Source of the DNA: Marsupella aquatica
Lineage: Eukaryota > Plantae > Marchantiophyta
Length of the DNA: 64,000 nucleotides
Assembly: GCA_973895155.1 (NCBI GenBank)
Contig: OZ316895.1
Coordinates: 4,715,181-4,779,180, forward strand
Reading direction: 5' to 3'
A program made the translations under genes and the position numbers. Each line of letters starts with the position of its first letter. The first letter of the stretch is position 1. This document shows, piece after piece, positions 13,593 through 27,307 of this stretch. Below the pieces are notes generated by a model, which worked only from the letters and a program-made list of their open reading frames with translations, was not told the origin of the DNA and did no database searches.

Positions 13593-16500
13593 GTCGGTCG
13601 GGGCTCAATCAGGACTACTCCTCCATCGGGAACGAATAATGTACGGCATTAAACTTTTTCTACCCTGCCCTTAGCCTGGCCTTCATGCTTTGACTGTCCC
13701 CTGGACCCCTACAGTACCTCAGACTGCCCCCTACGCTGCCCCTACCATGCCCCATACGGTCATACTGCCCCTGCCCGGGACTTGCGCCACCCTTCCTCTG
13801 CCCGTGCCCTGGGCAACCATTGCCAGGTCGGCCTGCCATTGTCTCCAACGTCACGGTCAGCTTTGGGCTCCGCATCAATGGGCAGGGAGGGAACGAGGGG
13901 ACAACTTTATCACTTTTTATTGGGAGTTGCCTTTTCCCGAAAAGTGGGGCCTCCCCACTAGCATCGCCACTCAGCCGTCGATCTCTCACGACAGTGTACG
14001 AACGATAGAGTGTAGTGAATATTCTCTATCTAGTTCTCATACTCATTTTTGACGGTCAGACCTCAGAAGATTCCAGAAGTACCGTTTATATTCTAGCTAA
14101 CTAGCTAAAGGGGGTCTGTAACTTGGTGAGAACGTACCTAATGGACAGCAGAAAATTTGGCCAAAAGTGGCTCATACCTTTAGAGAGGTGGAATTTAACT
14201 AATTTTCATCTTCCACCAAAAATGCTGTTGATGGGTCTCCATTTGATAATTCCACGTGAACAATGAAAACATTTGTATGTGAACGTTACCCTGGGCAAGG
14301 TAAAGCGAAAGTGTAGAAACTGAAGGCCCCATGGACCTTTTCTGTACTCAGGTAACACTTTTTAGTTTGTAGAAAATCCTATGGTAGTCAAGAGCGATTG
14401 GTGGTAGTCAGAGTGATTGGTTGGACGAGGGAAAAGTTCACAATCATATCTTTAGATCCTACCATAAGTGATCTGCGAGAGAGGGTTCAACATTTTGTAA
14501 AGAGACCACTTGAAACAAGAGTGAGATTGCATATTAAAGTCGATAGATGTAAATTATTTTTATTTGGACTTGTTACATAGCCTCTCACGGGTCCATTGGC
14601 CCTGCCAGCTGACAATTTGCTTTGTCAGCCTAGGGTCTTGCAGAGTACATTTCACTCCCCATTGCCGTTTCCCCTGTCACCCTTTGTTCCTCCCTGCCCA
14701 TTCACAACATTATGCCTGGCTAGAGTTGCTAGGGAATTCTGAGAGAGTTTCCACAGGGAATTGTAAGAGGAGAGTTTCTTGAATTGCTTGGGAATTTGTG
14801 ACCTTTGCCTGGCTTGCTCTCTTGGGTCAGTTTTCCCTATCACTTCCCCTCTCAAAGAAGAACAAGAAGAAAAATAAAAATTGTATTGGACAGGGAAAAA
14901 ATCCTCAGCGTCCCTCTTGGAGGTTTACAACTTGGACCAAAACCAGGTTGCTTTCTTTGAAGTAGCTCATGACCCGAGCAGGAGGCCTTATGATGTCCTT
15001 TGATTATCTTGGCATATGGGAGATTTTTGTACCTAACAATGTTGTTAGCTGTTACTCTATACACTCCACTAAACTCTACCCATACAACACCTCCACTAAA
15101 TCACGCCATAAGTAAATTCATCCACACCTCTCAAACTTCATGTTTTCGATCCAGTCTATCCATTTTTCACAACTTCGGTAATACCTTTGCCAGCTATTTT
15201 ACAAATTGATATAAACAATATATAGATTGCTTTGTTGGACTAGCTGGATTATTCCCTTGAAGACTTTTGATCACCGTTCATCGTTGGCACAGAATAATCA
15301 TCAGGAAGTGGTATTTGTTTTGTGTATTCAATGCCACAATTGATCGTAGCAGCAAGGATATTAGGTCAGTTCTGGGAATGACCTAATCTTGGCTCATTCA
15401 AGTTGATGGACATGGATTAGCACTCCCATTGGCATCTCCACAAAACAGCTTCCACACATCAGCCTAGTGGTTAAGGGGCAACTCGCATGCTACCGGCTCT
15501 TCAGAAAGTTGCCCTGAAACTGCTACATGTCATTGTTAGAGTTGATGATACTGCCATGCCGTATTCCACCCCTTAGGCAGGCCTGATGGCAGGTCGTATG
15601 GGCACCCAAGGGCAAGGACCAGAAACATTCTGGCCCTAGCAGGTCCCGACCTTTGTTTGACTAATAAATCAAAATTTGAAGGGTCACAGTTTTGCGCAGA
15701 CTTGTATAATATGTTGCACATACGACACAGCAGGGACACAAGCCCCTTCGCAAACACAGCACGTATAAGCCCGGGTATAAGCCACAAGGATTGAATTGAT
15801 GGTGCTTTTTCCGAAATTGGCGCAAGTGGTAAGGGCTGCATTCTGACATGCAAGTCGGCCCTAAAACCTTCATCGATCTCTTCAAAAATCTTATCTTTGT
15901 CTAGCCTTTCACTCTCCTCCATAATACTTAAATAGTCACTGTCCCTGAGGCAACACCTGGTTGATCCACATGAGCACAATTTGTCAAAAATGTTCTTGAG
16001 ATAGTAAAATGGAGAGAAAGAAGTGACTCTTTTGTCCTTCCCGAGCTTGCTAAAGTGTGTCAGCTTTTAATCAGGACATGTCTTGTTCTGGTTTGTTGAG
16101 TACGCGACCCCAATTGTGGGTTTGCAGTTCTCTGCTGTATTGGAGTTTACTCTTGCTCTCTGAGTAAAGATTTCCACTTGAGAAAGAAGTACTTTCCTGT
16201 AAAGTATCCCACAGGGGCTTCTTGTTGCGGGCAGCCACATCCATGCTTGATCTCCCCTGCTGGTAATCACACATCAAAATGTGAAAATATACGGTGTGCA
16301 CTCATAAATTTAAACAAAATGGCACTCAGATTTAAAGAAAATGACTAAATTTATCATGGTATAGAGTGATATCATACACTGTATATGTCATATTTTGATG
16401 TGCAGTTACCGGGACCCCTTGATATCACTTACCGCTGGTTGTAAGTATTGGCCACACCTTACAACGGACCACAGAAACCCACCAAAGATGTAGCCAATAA

Positions 16501-18079
16501 ATGTGCCTTGCCAAGCTGGTTTTACTCATACGGGTCTCACCAAGCTAATTTATCTTCATGGGTGCAAAAGAACATTAAGTCAGCAAATTATAATCAGATG
16601 TACTTTGAGAGACTTATATTGGGCAGTGTAATCTTTTAAGTTTTCCTTTTTGTCAACCTGGATAATGTCAACACGTGTGAATGAGAGTATGCAAAGCAAC
16701 ACTCCTAATCTAATTTTCATGAATCATTTTTGAGAGTTAGAATCTCCCTACAACTAAGAATGACACTTAAAATTGTGGGCTTATGGGGTCTGGGTCTAAG
16801 CAGAAACTCCCTAATGAGAAACATAGAAACTGGATGAATGTATGCCAAAAGTTGCGACAACGAGGTGGAATCTAGCGAATTCTTGCCACCAAAAAAGAAA
16901 TTGATACTGTGTTTCCCTTTCCACCAGAGTGCCCACCTTCATGGCACCAGGCCAAATAGGGAAGAGACATGAGGTATATTCCCAGCCATGTGGTGTGCGG
17001 ACCATCCCCCCGTCTCGATATTGCCAACCCTGTTGAGTGTGGACCATCCTCTTGCGTGATACTCTCAGCCCAGTTGAGTGTGGCAGTATCTCACCTCTCA
17101 GATACTTTTACCCCGACAGTGCGTGGACGTATTCCGCCACGCGTGCTTCCTATCTGATTATTCTCAGCCCTCTCAGTGCGGACCATCCATCCATCCCCAT
17201 CCCTACTTGGTTGTATTGTGAGCCCCGCTATGGACCGTCGAATGCATATTTCTGACGTCACGACGATCTTTATAAAGTTACTGTAGCCCGAAATAGATTT
17301 AATAAAAAAGTGATAGTAGATTTCCAGCGCCTCAATCTCACTCCTCATTGGAGGACAGCCGCGATTAACCAATAAAGTAACGATCGGCACTAGTTATTCT
17401 TCTTCGACCTGCCGCGTCAAACACTGACTTATTAGCATCTCAGTTGGCCCACCTCGAACTTTATTCCTCCCTGTAGTAGGCCTGCCCGTGCCCGTGCCCC
17501 TGCCCGTGCCCCTGCCCTGCTAGTGGTAGTGCTCCCTGCTCGGTGCGCAGGATTCATTCCGGGCAGGCGGGCGGGCCACTTCTCGGATAGCCCTCCTCCT
17601 GAATTCCGGGCCCACCATGAATCCAGGGCAATGCGGAGTTACCTCCATCCGTCACTGTCACAAGTCTTCTGCCCGACTGCCCAGGGGATGCACAAATTAA
17701 GAAGGAATTTTGTGTAGGGTGACCAAATGCACAAAACCGGGACCGGAGAGAAGTTATGACCAGTTCGTGATTTGGGAACGGCGGGCAGCCCGGGAGTGCC
17801 TTTTGGACCCGGCCCGTCTGCAAGCCCCACCGAAAAGGACTTGAGAAGGGCGGGTACTCGGGTAGGCTTGCATTATAAAAGGGGAAAATAACTTGGGACC
17901 GGCGGGCAGCCCGGCATTGCCTTCTCCGCCCCTAACGCTCCACGTGGAGAATCCTGAGGATTTCTTTCAAAGCATGCGTGGGCCCTACCTTCAAGCTTAT
18001 AAAATTAATTTTGTTGGAGTTACGAACGGTGGTGACCCTACGGGTCCACGTAAGAAAAAGGCCTTTTGGGGGCTGGGCC

Positions 18080-19200
18080 CTCTTTTATCGCTTGGCTGGG
18101 CCCATACCGCAAGGGCCATCCCGGTCAGCAATTAATGAGTTAACAATTGGTTTGATACAATTCAAAGCGCAGGGCAGGCACAAATTCGATGATATCGGTG
18201 GGGAAGAGTATCCGAATCTTTTGACTTGGATGAGATCCCAAACTGCTTTTCCAAAGTAAAAACCATTCTTCTTTCACTTGGCTGGCATATTGCATGATAT
18301 ATTTGTGATAGAGCATCCAAACCTTTAGACTTGCCTGGGATCCAAACGTGCTAGGGTATCAATTGTATGATATTTTTTGAAGAGCAGCCAACTCTTTTGA
18401 CTGGGATGAGATACCAAAACGCTTTCGTTTTAAAATAATCATTTCTCCTTTCACTTGGCTGGGCCAATACTCGCAGTGGCCATCCTGGTCAGTATTTAAC
18501 TAATTAATTTTTTTTGAAACAATTCTGGCCTAGCTAGGGCACATTGCATGATAACTTTGGAAAAGAGCAGCCAAACTTTTTGACCTGGATGAGATACCAA
18601 AATGCTTTTGTATGAAAATAACAATTTCACTGGGCTGGGCCAATACCGCAATGGCCATCCCCAACTAATCCATTAATTATTGAAACAGCTACAACTTAGG
18701 GCATCTTGCATAATATCTTTGTGAGGGGGCCTCCAAACCTTTTGACGTGTGTGAGATGGAACAACGCTGGTGCACCAATTCTATTATTATTTTTGTGCAA
18801 GAGAAACCAATCGTTTTGACCTACATGAGATACTAAAATGCCTTAATAAAGTAACAACAATTCTTCTTTCACTTGGCTGCGCCAATACCCCAATGGCCAT
18901 CCCGGTCAGTAACTAATTAATTATTTAATTTTGAAACAATTCCAGCCCAGGGCACATGATATATTTTTCGAAGAGCATCCACACGTAGAGTTGTAAGAGG
19001 TCCAAAATTAGCTAGGGCACAAATTCTATGATTGCCTTGGATAAGATCAGAGAATGGTACATAAATAATAAATTCTTCTTTCAGTTGGCTGGGCCAATAC
19101 TGCAATGGCCATCTGGCATCTGGTCATCATCGGCATCTGGTCATCATCTAATTGCTTATCAAATTCTGAAACAATTCCAGTCTAGGGCACATTGCATGAC
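18080..19200. repeat. Degenerate tandem array, ~180-240 bp units x6
   Basis: The landmark CTTGGCTGGGCCAATAC.GCAATGGCCATCC (or a variant) occurs at ~18091, 18277, 18454, 18630, 18872 and 19084, with recurring GGATGAGATACCAAAA and GGGCACATTGCATGA. Confidence 0.8.
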
Positions 19201-19254
19201 TATAGTATCCAGTTCTTGTGGACAAACCAATGGATTTTGGGATGGTGGCAAACT

Positions 19255-19598
19255 TGTTGAGCATAGACGACATTCGTAACGGCAAGCCCATGAACCATCC
19301 AACGTACAATAGTCGACATAGAGAGATACGTGGTTCACCTCCACATGAGACTACATCCACGGGAACACACAAGAGCTTTACTGCACTCTAGGCTGACCGG
19401 CCATTCCAAGTATCCACAACACAAGCTCTCCCTATCTCTCAACTAGCTCCGTAACAATGAGCCTAAGTTCCACCAGGGTCTAGCATCAGCCCTGGCTATA
19501 TACACAACAACACTACCGCTAACATTAGCTAAGTCCTAACCCAAGTTAGACTAACTGTGGTTAGCTCACGAGTCACAAGACTAGAGCAATATCTAACA
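19255..19598 (-). repeat. 3' LTR of the Copia element
   Basis: Direct repeat of 23215-23558 (about 15 substitutions by eye), adjacent to the PPT. Confidence 0.95.
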
Positions 19599-19794
19599 AA
19601 CTCCCCCTTGACTCTTGTCTTGGGGACTGAACTAAATGTTACCATATGGAATCCTCAGCGGGAAGTTCTAGACAATCACCAAACCAGGTCTCCCCCTAAA
19701 AACCACAAGGGTTAACTAGAACTAAGCTGTAGCCAAACAGGAATGAGTAATCCATATACAAATAGTCACACATTGCTAAATAACTCTACTTGCA

Positions 19795-22490
19795 CTACAA
19801 CTGCAAAACTTGCAAAGCAGCACGGTGTCTTGAGAAACTCTCCAAAGGAATCACTTTGTTAAAGGCATCAACGGGATTGAGCTTTCCATCAATCTTGACT
19901 AGCTCAAAAGTTTTATCAGACACTGTTTGCCTGATAAAATGGTACTTGATATCAATGTGCTTCACCCTGCTATCCATCACCTGGTTAGCAGCCAAGTGAA
20001 GAGCATTCTGACTATCACAGTTTAGAGTCATTTTTCCATGCTCTAAACCCATCTCCGCGATCAACTTATCCAACCAAATTGCTTCCTTTGCTGTTTCTGT
20101 TGCTGCAACATACTCTGCTTCTGTAGTAGACTGAGAAATGCACTTCTACAAGGTAGATTTCCAACTGATACATCCTCCTCCAAGAGTGTATACAAACCCA
20201 GTTGTAGACCTCCTTGTATCCAGATAGCCTCCATAGTCAGAATCTACATAGTCAACTAATGTTCTATTTGATCTGTTATCAAATAGTAATCCATAGTCCT
20301 GTGTTCCCTTCAGATACCTGAGAATCCACTTCACAGCTTCCCAATGTACCTTCCCTTGATTTGACATGAATCTGCTAACCTTGTCCATCGCTAGGGCCAA
20401 GTCAGGCCTAGTACAAGTTATCAAATACATCAGACTACCTATTGCCTTCTCATAAGAAATCTTAGCCATCAGACCTTTCTCCACAACATCTGTAGGAGAG
20501 AAAGCCGATGATAACTTGAAATATGAAGCTAAAGGAACACTCACTGGCTTACAGTTCTCCATGTTGAATCGTGCAAGTACTTTCCTCGCATATTGGCCTT
20601 GACTCAAACACAACTGTCTAGTCTCAGAGTTCCTAAAAATCTCCATCCCTAAGATCCTCTTGGCCTTACCAAGATCCTTCATCCTGAATTCAACACTCAA
20701 TTTTGCCTTGAGACTGTCAACCTCAGATTGATCTTTAGCCACAATTAACATGTCATCCACATAGATCACCAGAATGATGAAACCAAATACATCATTCTTG
20801 ACTGATTTTGTATACACACAAGGATCATACACCATCCTTGTAAAACCTTGAGCAAACATGAAATTATCAAACCGCTTGTTCCACTGTCTGGGAGACTGCT
20901 TCAATCCATAGAAGGACTTGAGCAATCTGCAAACTAAGTTCTCTTGGCCCTTCTTCATAAAGCCTAGTGGCTGTCTCATGAAGATCAACTCTTCCAAGTT
21001 TCCATAGAGAAAAGCAGTAACAACATCCATGTGATCCATCACCAAACCAAAAAACACAACAATCTGACACAAGATCTGTATTGTGGAATACTTAGCCACC
21101 GGTGAAAAGACCTCATTATAGTCCACTCCTTTCTCCTGAGTGAACCCCTTGGCAACAAGCCTTGCCTTGTAGATCTTATCTCCACCCTCTGAAGGACTCA
21201 ACTTGTAAATCCACTTGCTATCCACCACTTGCTGACCTCTTGGAAGCTCCACCAACTCCCATGTCGTGTTGTCACTCAAAGATTGCAACTCCCTCTGCAT
21301 TGCTGCATTCCACTCATGCTTCTACTCTGAAGCACAAGCCTCACTGTACGAAGAAGGCTCTCCTTCTTCCAAGATCAAAGCCATGTCATCATCATCAGGT
21401 GCAATGTCAATATCATCTAGCTTAGATGAGTCTGCCCATTGACCATATCTGGTAGGAGCTCTAGTAGAACGACTGGAAGTTCTTCTAGTAGATGACTCAG
21501 GCTGATCTGCTGCTACTGCTGGTTGAATTTGAGGTACCCCAGCAACAATTTGCTCCTCTTGTTCCATCACAGGAACCAGCTTCAAGCCCGGAGCTTCTCC
21601 ATTTTTCCTGTCATGAACTGCATCATGACTAATCTCCCCCTCAACCCGGTCCGGGATGGGAGATTTCCCCTTGTCAGTATGGGAGTCCTGAGAACTCTCC
21701 CCCTCCTTTGATGATCTGGATTCATTAAAGGACACATCTCTACTGACAATTAGCTTACAGGTTACTGGATCCCATAACCTATAACCCTTCACAACTTTCT
21801 GATAGCCAAGGAAAATACACTTCTTCGACTTGGACTCCAGCTTAGATTGAAGCTGGGAAGGTGTAAGCACATAAGCATCACATCCAAAAATCCTCAGATG
21901 TGAGTAATCTGCTGGACGCCCGTACCTCATTTCAAATGACGTCTTGAATCCAATAGAACTGGATGGAGAAAAATTTACCAAATAAGCTGTAGTGTTGACA
22001 GCTTCAGCCCAAAACTCATGTGGTAAACATGATTGACTCAACATACTCCTCGAGCGGTCCAATAGTGTTCGGTTGAGTCTATCAGAAACACCATTCTGCT
22101 GAGGAGTATAACTTGTTGTGAGATGGCGGGTAATCCCTTGATCCTTACAATACATTCCAAATTCCCCGGAACTGTATTCATCGCCGTTATCTGATCGAAA
22201 AATATCTCACCTTATTACCAGTCTGATTCTTTACTTGGGCTTTCCATTCCTTAAAAGTGACAAAAACATCAGACTTATTGTGTAGAAAGTATATCCACAC
22301 ATACCTTGAGTAATCGTCTATAAACGTGACATAGTATAACCGTCCAGAATGTGAGGGAGTAGGGGCTGGACCCCATACATCACTATGTACATACTCAAGT
22401 ATCTCCTTGCTGGTGTGAGTTCCAACTCCGAAGGGTTTCCTGTGCTGCTTCCCTAGCACACAGTGCTCACAAAATTCCAACTTACACACT
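19795..22490 (-). pseudogene. Copia pol remnant: integrase, reverse transcriptase, RNase H
   Basis: Integrase: CEHCVLGKQHR, VHSDVWGP, FIDDYSRY, TPQQNGVSDRLNRTL, SKKCIFLGY. RT: YKARLVAKGF, YGLKQSPRQW, YVDDML. RNase H: DSDYGG, TEAEY, KHIDIKYHF. Disruptions are a frameshift near 22155-22190 and in-frame TAG stops at 21322-21324 and 20146-20148. Confidence 0.93.
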
Positions 22491-23214
22491 AAATGTAACC
22501 TAAAAAAGGCACCCAAAGTAAAAGAAAAGCCCGGGTTACACACCTCGCCGCCGTTTTCAATGAGAAAACAAAGAGTTACCGATGGGATATGTTGCCAAAT
22601 CACACCGGCGCCGTCTGCTACTCCAGCACTGTAAAAACTTCCGCTGTGTCGCCTTCACTCCGCGTCAAGTGCCAATTCCGGGCTCAAAACGACCACCTCA
22701 CCGCGATCAAACCATTGAGCCGTAGCACTTCGCGTCTCTTCCACCGAGTCGGACGTCACGAAGAGAAACCCGGTTCAGATGTGAACAAGCTCCATAGCTT
22801 GTGAAAAAACCTGAACGTCTCCTTCACTCGTCACGACGTACTCGGTAACAACTCGACAGCAATCCAGCTACCGAAATGACCAGCTTGCTTCAACCTTCAA
22901 CTTGAGCTATAATGTGCGATCCCCTGATCACCGCAAAGCTCACACCGTTGAAAAACACGAACTCTGTTCTCTCCCCCGAAATATCATCGAACACGAATAA
23001 ACCCTGAACGACATAAACTTCAATTCCTCTGCATTACGGATACCGATCAGCGAGTTCTAACCACCGTTAGAAAGCCCTCTCACTAACCTATCCGCACAGC
23101 CACACACATTCGAGTTTCATGCGATGAAACTCCGAATGTGCCACCGACAATGAACGCTGGAAAAACCTGTCACGAAAAAACCTCGTCACCTCCCAGACAT
23201 GCTCTGATACCACT

Positions 23215-23558
23215 TGTTGAGCATAGACGACATTCGTAACGGCAAGCCCATGAACCATCCAACGCACAATAGTCGACACAGAGAGATACGTGGTTCACCT
23301 CCACATGAGGCTACGTCCACGGGAACACACAAGAGCTTTACTGCACTCTAGGCCGACCGGCCATTCCAAGCATCCACAGCACCAGCTTTCCCTATCTCTC
23401 AACTAGCTCCATAACAATGAGCCTAAGTTCCACCAGGGTCTGGCATCAGCCCTGGCTATATACACAACAACACTATCGCTAACATTAGTTAAGTCCTAAC
23501 CCAAGTTAAACTAACTGTGGTTAGCTCATGAGTCACAAGACTAGAGCAATATCTAACA
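23215..23558 (-). repeat. 5' LTR of the Copia element
   Basis: Direct repeat of 19255-19598, adjacent to the tRNA-Met PBS. Confidence 0.95.
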
Positions 23559-23849
23559 AAATTTTGTCACACCAAAGTATTTTCCATGGTCCTTTGGGTA
23601 ACCTTGAAAAACTACTGCACACCACCAATCTATAAGTATCCTAGGACTTGCACCTAGCCATCTCCTCTTAATACAACATGGGTGACAAAGAAAAGAGGGT
23701 GCCTGGCTTTTACAACAAGGCAGCTTCATCATTCTTATTCCCTCTAAGATTGAATCTGGGCAGTGTAATAGTGGAAACAGTTGCAGTCCACATTGCAAGA
23801 ACTCAGGGGTCCATTCAGGTATGGTGTGTGTTGATCCTACATAGCATGC

Positions 23850-23982
23850 AGTGGACCCAAATAAACGTTACACTGGAGTGCTTGTTTTGCGGAGAATGTT
23901 ATAACACCTCTGAAGTGGACCCAAATAAATGTTACTCTGGAGTGCTTGTTTTGCGGAGAATTTTATAACACCTCTGAAGTGG
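23850..23982. repeat. Tandem duplication, 64-bp unit x2
   Basis: GTGGACCCAAATAAA.GTTAC.CTGGAGTGCTTGTTTTGCGGAGAAT.TTATAACACCTCTGAA occurs at 23851 and 23915. Confidence 0.9.
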
Positions 23983-26900
23983 CCCAGAATATTGTAAGCT
24001 TGTGCTCCTTCATTGGACGGATTTGAGCTTACTAAATTCAAAAGAATTTTTGGTCCTGAACAAGAAGTGTCACTCAAGTTTGAGTTGGTGGGAAAGTAAC
24101 AAGTGCCCCCATGTCCTCTAAAGCCACCCTATGATGATGTCCCTATGACGATGTTTGTGTGATGTTTGTGTGAAGCGTCAGCAACTCACCGTTCAAAACA
24201 CATTCCAGTTTGAAAAGGGTGAACAAAAAACCGTACCATAGAAAAGTTGTTGTTGAGCTGTTTCAGCGAACATGCTTTATGCAAAAAAGGTAACGTACTT
24301 CTAAAGGGGATTGTAGGCGAGAGTGTATTCATAAAGTTTGGAGAAAGAGCCCCTCAAAAAGCATTAGGAAGATCAGGAAGAGATTTTAAAGGGTGCATGG
24401 GTACAACCAGATCACACTCTTTTGAGAAAGGTCATGTTTAAAATAATAAACTAACCCCAATGTCCTTGAGTATGCACACTAAGGGCTGGCTTTACCTAAA
24501 CTCCCCATGTCCGTCCGTAATGACAAAGATAATGTAAATAATAATAATTAATAATAAATTATTGTTAGAGAAATTAAAGCGTATAGCTTCATTATGGCTA
24601 GGTCATGAAAAGAAGACTGGATAGTGAATTATAGTATATATTTACAGTAGATTGTATTTTTTATTGTATAGATATAGATAGTGTAGATTTGCTTGAAATT
24701 TGGGGTGGAAGCTTGTGTAATGTCCTTTTGCAATGGTGTCATAAATATGAATATCTAAGGGTCTCATAGGCTTTCCTTGAAATGAGTCTCATAGGCTTTG
24801 TGTAATGTCCTTTTACAATAGTGTCATAACCGTGAAGATCTACGTGTCTCATAGGCAGCTATTGCGCTTTACTGAGGAACAGGGATAAAGGCGTTTCCAG
24901 TTCCTTTGGGACAAGAAGCTCCAGAAGCCCTAGCCTTTCGTGTGGATATGCCTTTGCTCTTATATGCATTGGATTGAATCCAAGAGAACCTAATGTAAAG
25001 GAAGCTACCCGCAATCAGGGTCCTCCTTTAATTTATTCTGCTTGTAATTTCATGCCATTGTTCAAGATAAAAAGGTAAAAAGTATTTATATGGTACATGG
25101 GTAACAAATGAAAATAAGTCTTTCAAGAACGACCATGGCAAGCCTGAACCAAACCCACCCAAACTTTTTAACCCAGAAAAGCCCTTTGCTGTTGTTAGAT
25201 CGATGAGTACTTATGCAGTATCGATTAGAGTCGTTGATTCTTAGTCACTTTCATCTGTTGTGACAAATTGAATCCCAATTGTGTACCTAAGCTAGGGAAT
25301 TCCTGGGAATAGATCAACAAATTTTTAAAACACGCTAAGCTGCCTGGGCTTACTCCTTTTGTGCTGCATGAGTATGAGTCTCCCTCTGGTGCTGCATGTA
25401 TCAACGAGCTTTTAGTTCCTAATGGAGATGCCCATCTAAACGCCTGCAACACATGTTTAATGCCCCTGGTAGCCTTCTCGCAGTTACCCCCCCCCCACCC
25501 CTTATACTTACTCCCTTTACGGATCATGAGGTATTGCTTTATTATATAGGTTCTCTCAATCTACACTAAAATTGTTATGGAGGTCTATCATTCATGACAC
25601 ACTCCCCAAAGTGAAAGCCATAGACCATAATTTATTTGGTAATAAACAATTCTGGAATTAGACTCTCCTTGTGAGTAATGAGGGGAATTTCAGCGGGTAC
25701 TTACTGTATATGTATTTGGGAGGCACTATACAATTTTGTCTCTCTAGTGGATTAGTTACTAGGTTTTCAAGATTGTAATCTAAGGTGGTATGAGACTCAG
25801 TGTGAAGGAAACTAATACACACTAAAGGTTGGGGCTGAATTTCATTTATGATCTTCTATACCTGCGTGCCATCTCAATTCACCCAAGAAATGTATTATTA
25901 TATATTGTGTTTGACTAACAAAATTTGTTGGGGTCCCTGTGAAACCTAGGAACTAAGAACTTTGTGATAAAATTTTAAGAATATTCTAAGTAACCTGGAG
26001 TAAACATTGACTTTTCAATACATGCACAAGTTTTTTAATTAAGAAATGAAGACTATTATCTCATGGTGCATTGTTTCTTTGTCACACAGGATGGCACTCG
26101 ACAAACTAAAGCTAGAGTGTTAGCAGACTTGGTATTCATAGTAACAAGCCCAGTGATGTTTGAAAATGCTCTCACAGGAAACTCTAGACATTCATGAAAC
26201 GGTGGGTTCCATAGGACCACCACTATCCATTTTGACCACACCCCTTTGATAGCAAATTTCAACAACATTACAATTTACTCAAACGCGAGCAATCTATTAT
26301 AGATCTGTGGGTACTAGTGTGCTTTTTGCCCCTTAGAGTACATCCAAGTCTCATTTACAAATTTTGTTATGACAGTACATGCATATCATTAAATCATGAC
26401 ACTTGCATTATATATGCATCATTAGCTCCTCACACCATTGGATTGGTAGTTCTTTTTGCCTTTTTCTTCCTCTTTCTAGATTTTAGGGGTTTGCATTTGC
26501 CTCTTGTTTAGTGTTTCTGAGCTTTGGGACCTCCTGTTGCTTTCCCTTGCACTTTGTGTGACATTTTGTTTTTGTAAATTATGATCACCTCACGTCACGG
26601 TGCTCGTGTTGCGACATTGTTCCTGTAGAGAACGTGCTTATAAAGGATAGCACTTTTTGGTAACTTGTGATCACTCCATGTCACGGTGCGACATTGTTCC
26701 TGTAACGAACGTGCTTATTACATGGGAATTTTTAGTGCACTGACTACTGAGAGTCGGGGCGGGGCAGGGGACGGACAAGCTTCGTTCTTTCGCACGCGGG
26801 CAGCCGGGCAGGGGCACTACTACTCTGGATGTCGCTTTCGCGACCAGATAAGGCGGGGTAGAAATAGCGGCACCCGCGCGACAGAGCGGAGACAGAAGGC

Positions 26901-27123
26901 AGAATGATGAATCAATGCCTGACCGAAGACGAAAAACCAATTAATAATAATGGTTCTGTTCGAGTGGGGCAGGGTCAGTGACTCTGTCCCCTCCTTACTC
27001 TCGGTCATCACTCAAGCGGGCAGGGAAACGAAAACCGGTCTGCTCTTGTCCGACTCTGCCCTCCGATGCTTGTGCGCCAATTGGGGCAAAGCTAACGACC
27101 TACGGGATATCAGTCCTCGAACC

Positions 27124-27133
27124 GCCACGTGTC
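27124..27133. promoter_or_regulatory. G-box/ABRE-type motif upstream of the DELLA-like gene
   Basis: GCCACGTGTC (reverse complement GACACGTGGC) contains the CACGTG core bound by PIF-type bHLH and bZIP factors. Function is not shown. Confidence 0.3.
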
Positions 27134-27272
27134 GAGAACACGGACGGGCCAGATTTCCGGCTCGACGGCCCTCAGGACCGTAGCATACGGTATCTTTGTT
27201 TTCCAACAGTACGGTATCCGAGGCCCGTATGTCTCGGGCTGGACGTACGTAAGTACGTATCCAAGTCTCGGG

Positions 27273-27307
<35 letters not shown>
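27273..27307. repeat. (CAAT)n microsatellite upstream of the DELLA-like gene
   Basis: About 8-9 perfect CAAT units. Confidence 0.9.

Larger units (their letters stand above)
19255..23558 (-). mobile_element. Ty1/Copia LTR retrotransposon, non-autonomous (gag/protease deleted, pol disrupted)
   Basis: Two 344-bp LTRs (19255-19598 and 23215-23558) with TG...CA ends. The PBS TGGTATCAGAGC (minus strand of 23201-23212) is complementary to initiator tRNA-Met, and the PPT CAAGGGGGAGTT lies at 19599-19610. Domain order is INT-RT-RNaseH. Flanks AAACT/AAATT fit a 5-bp TSD with one mismatch. Confidence 0.95.
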
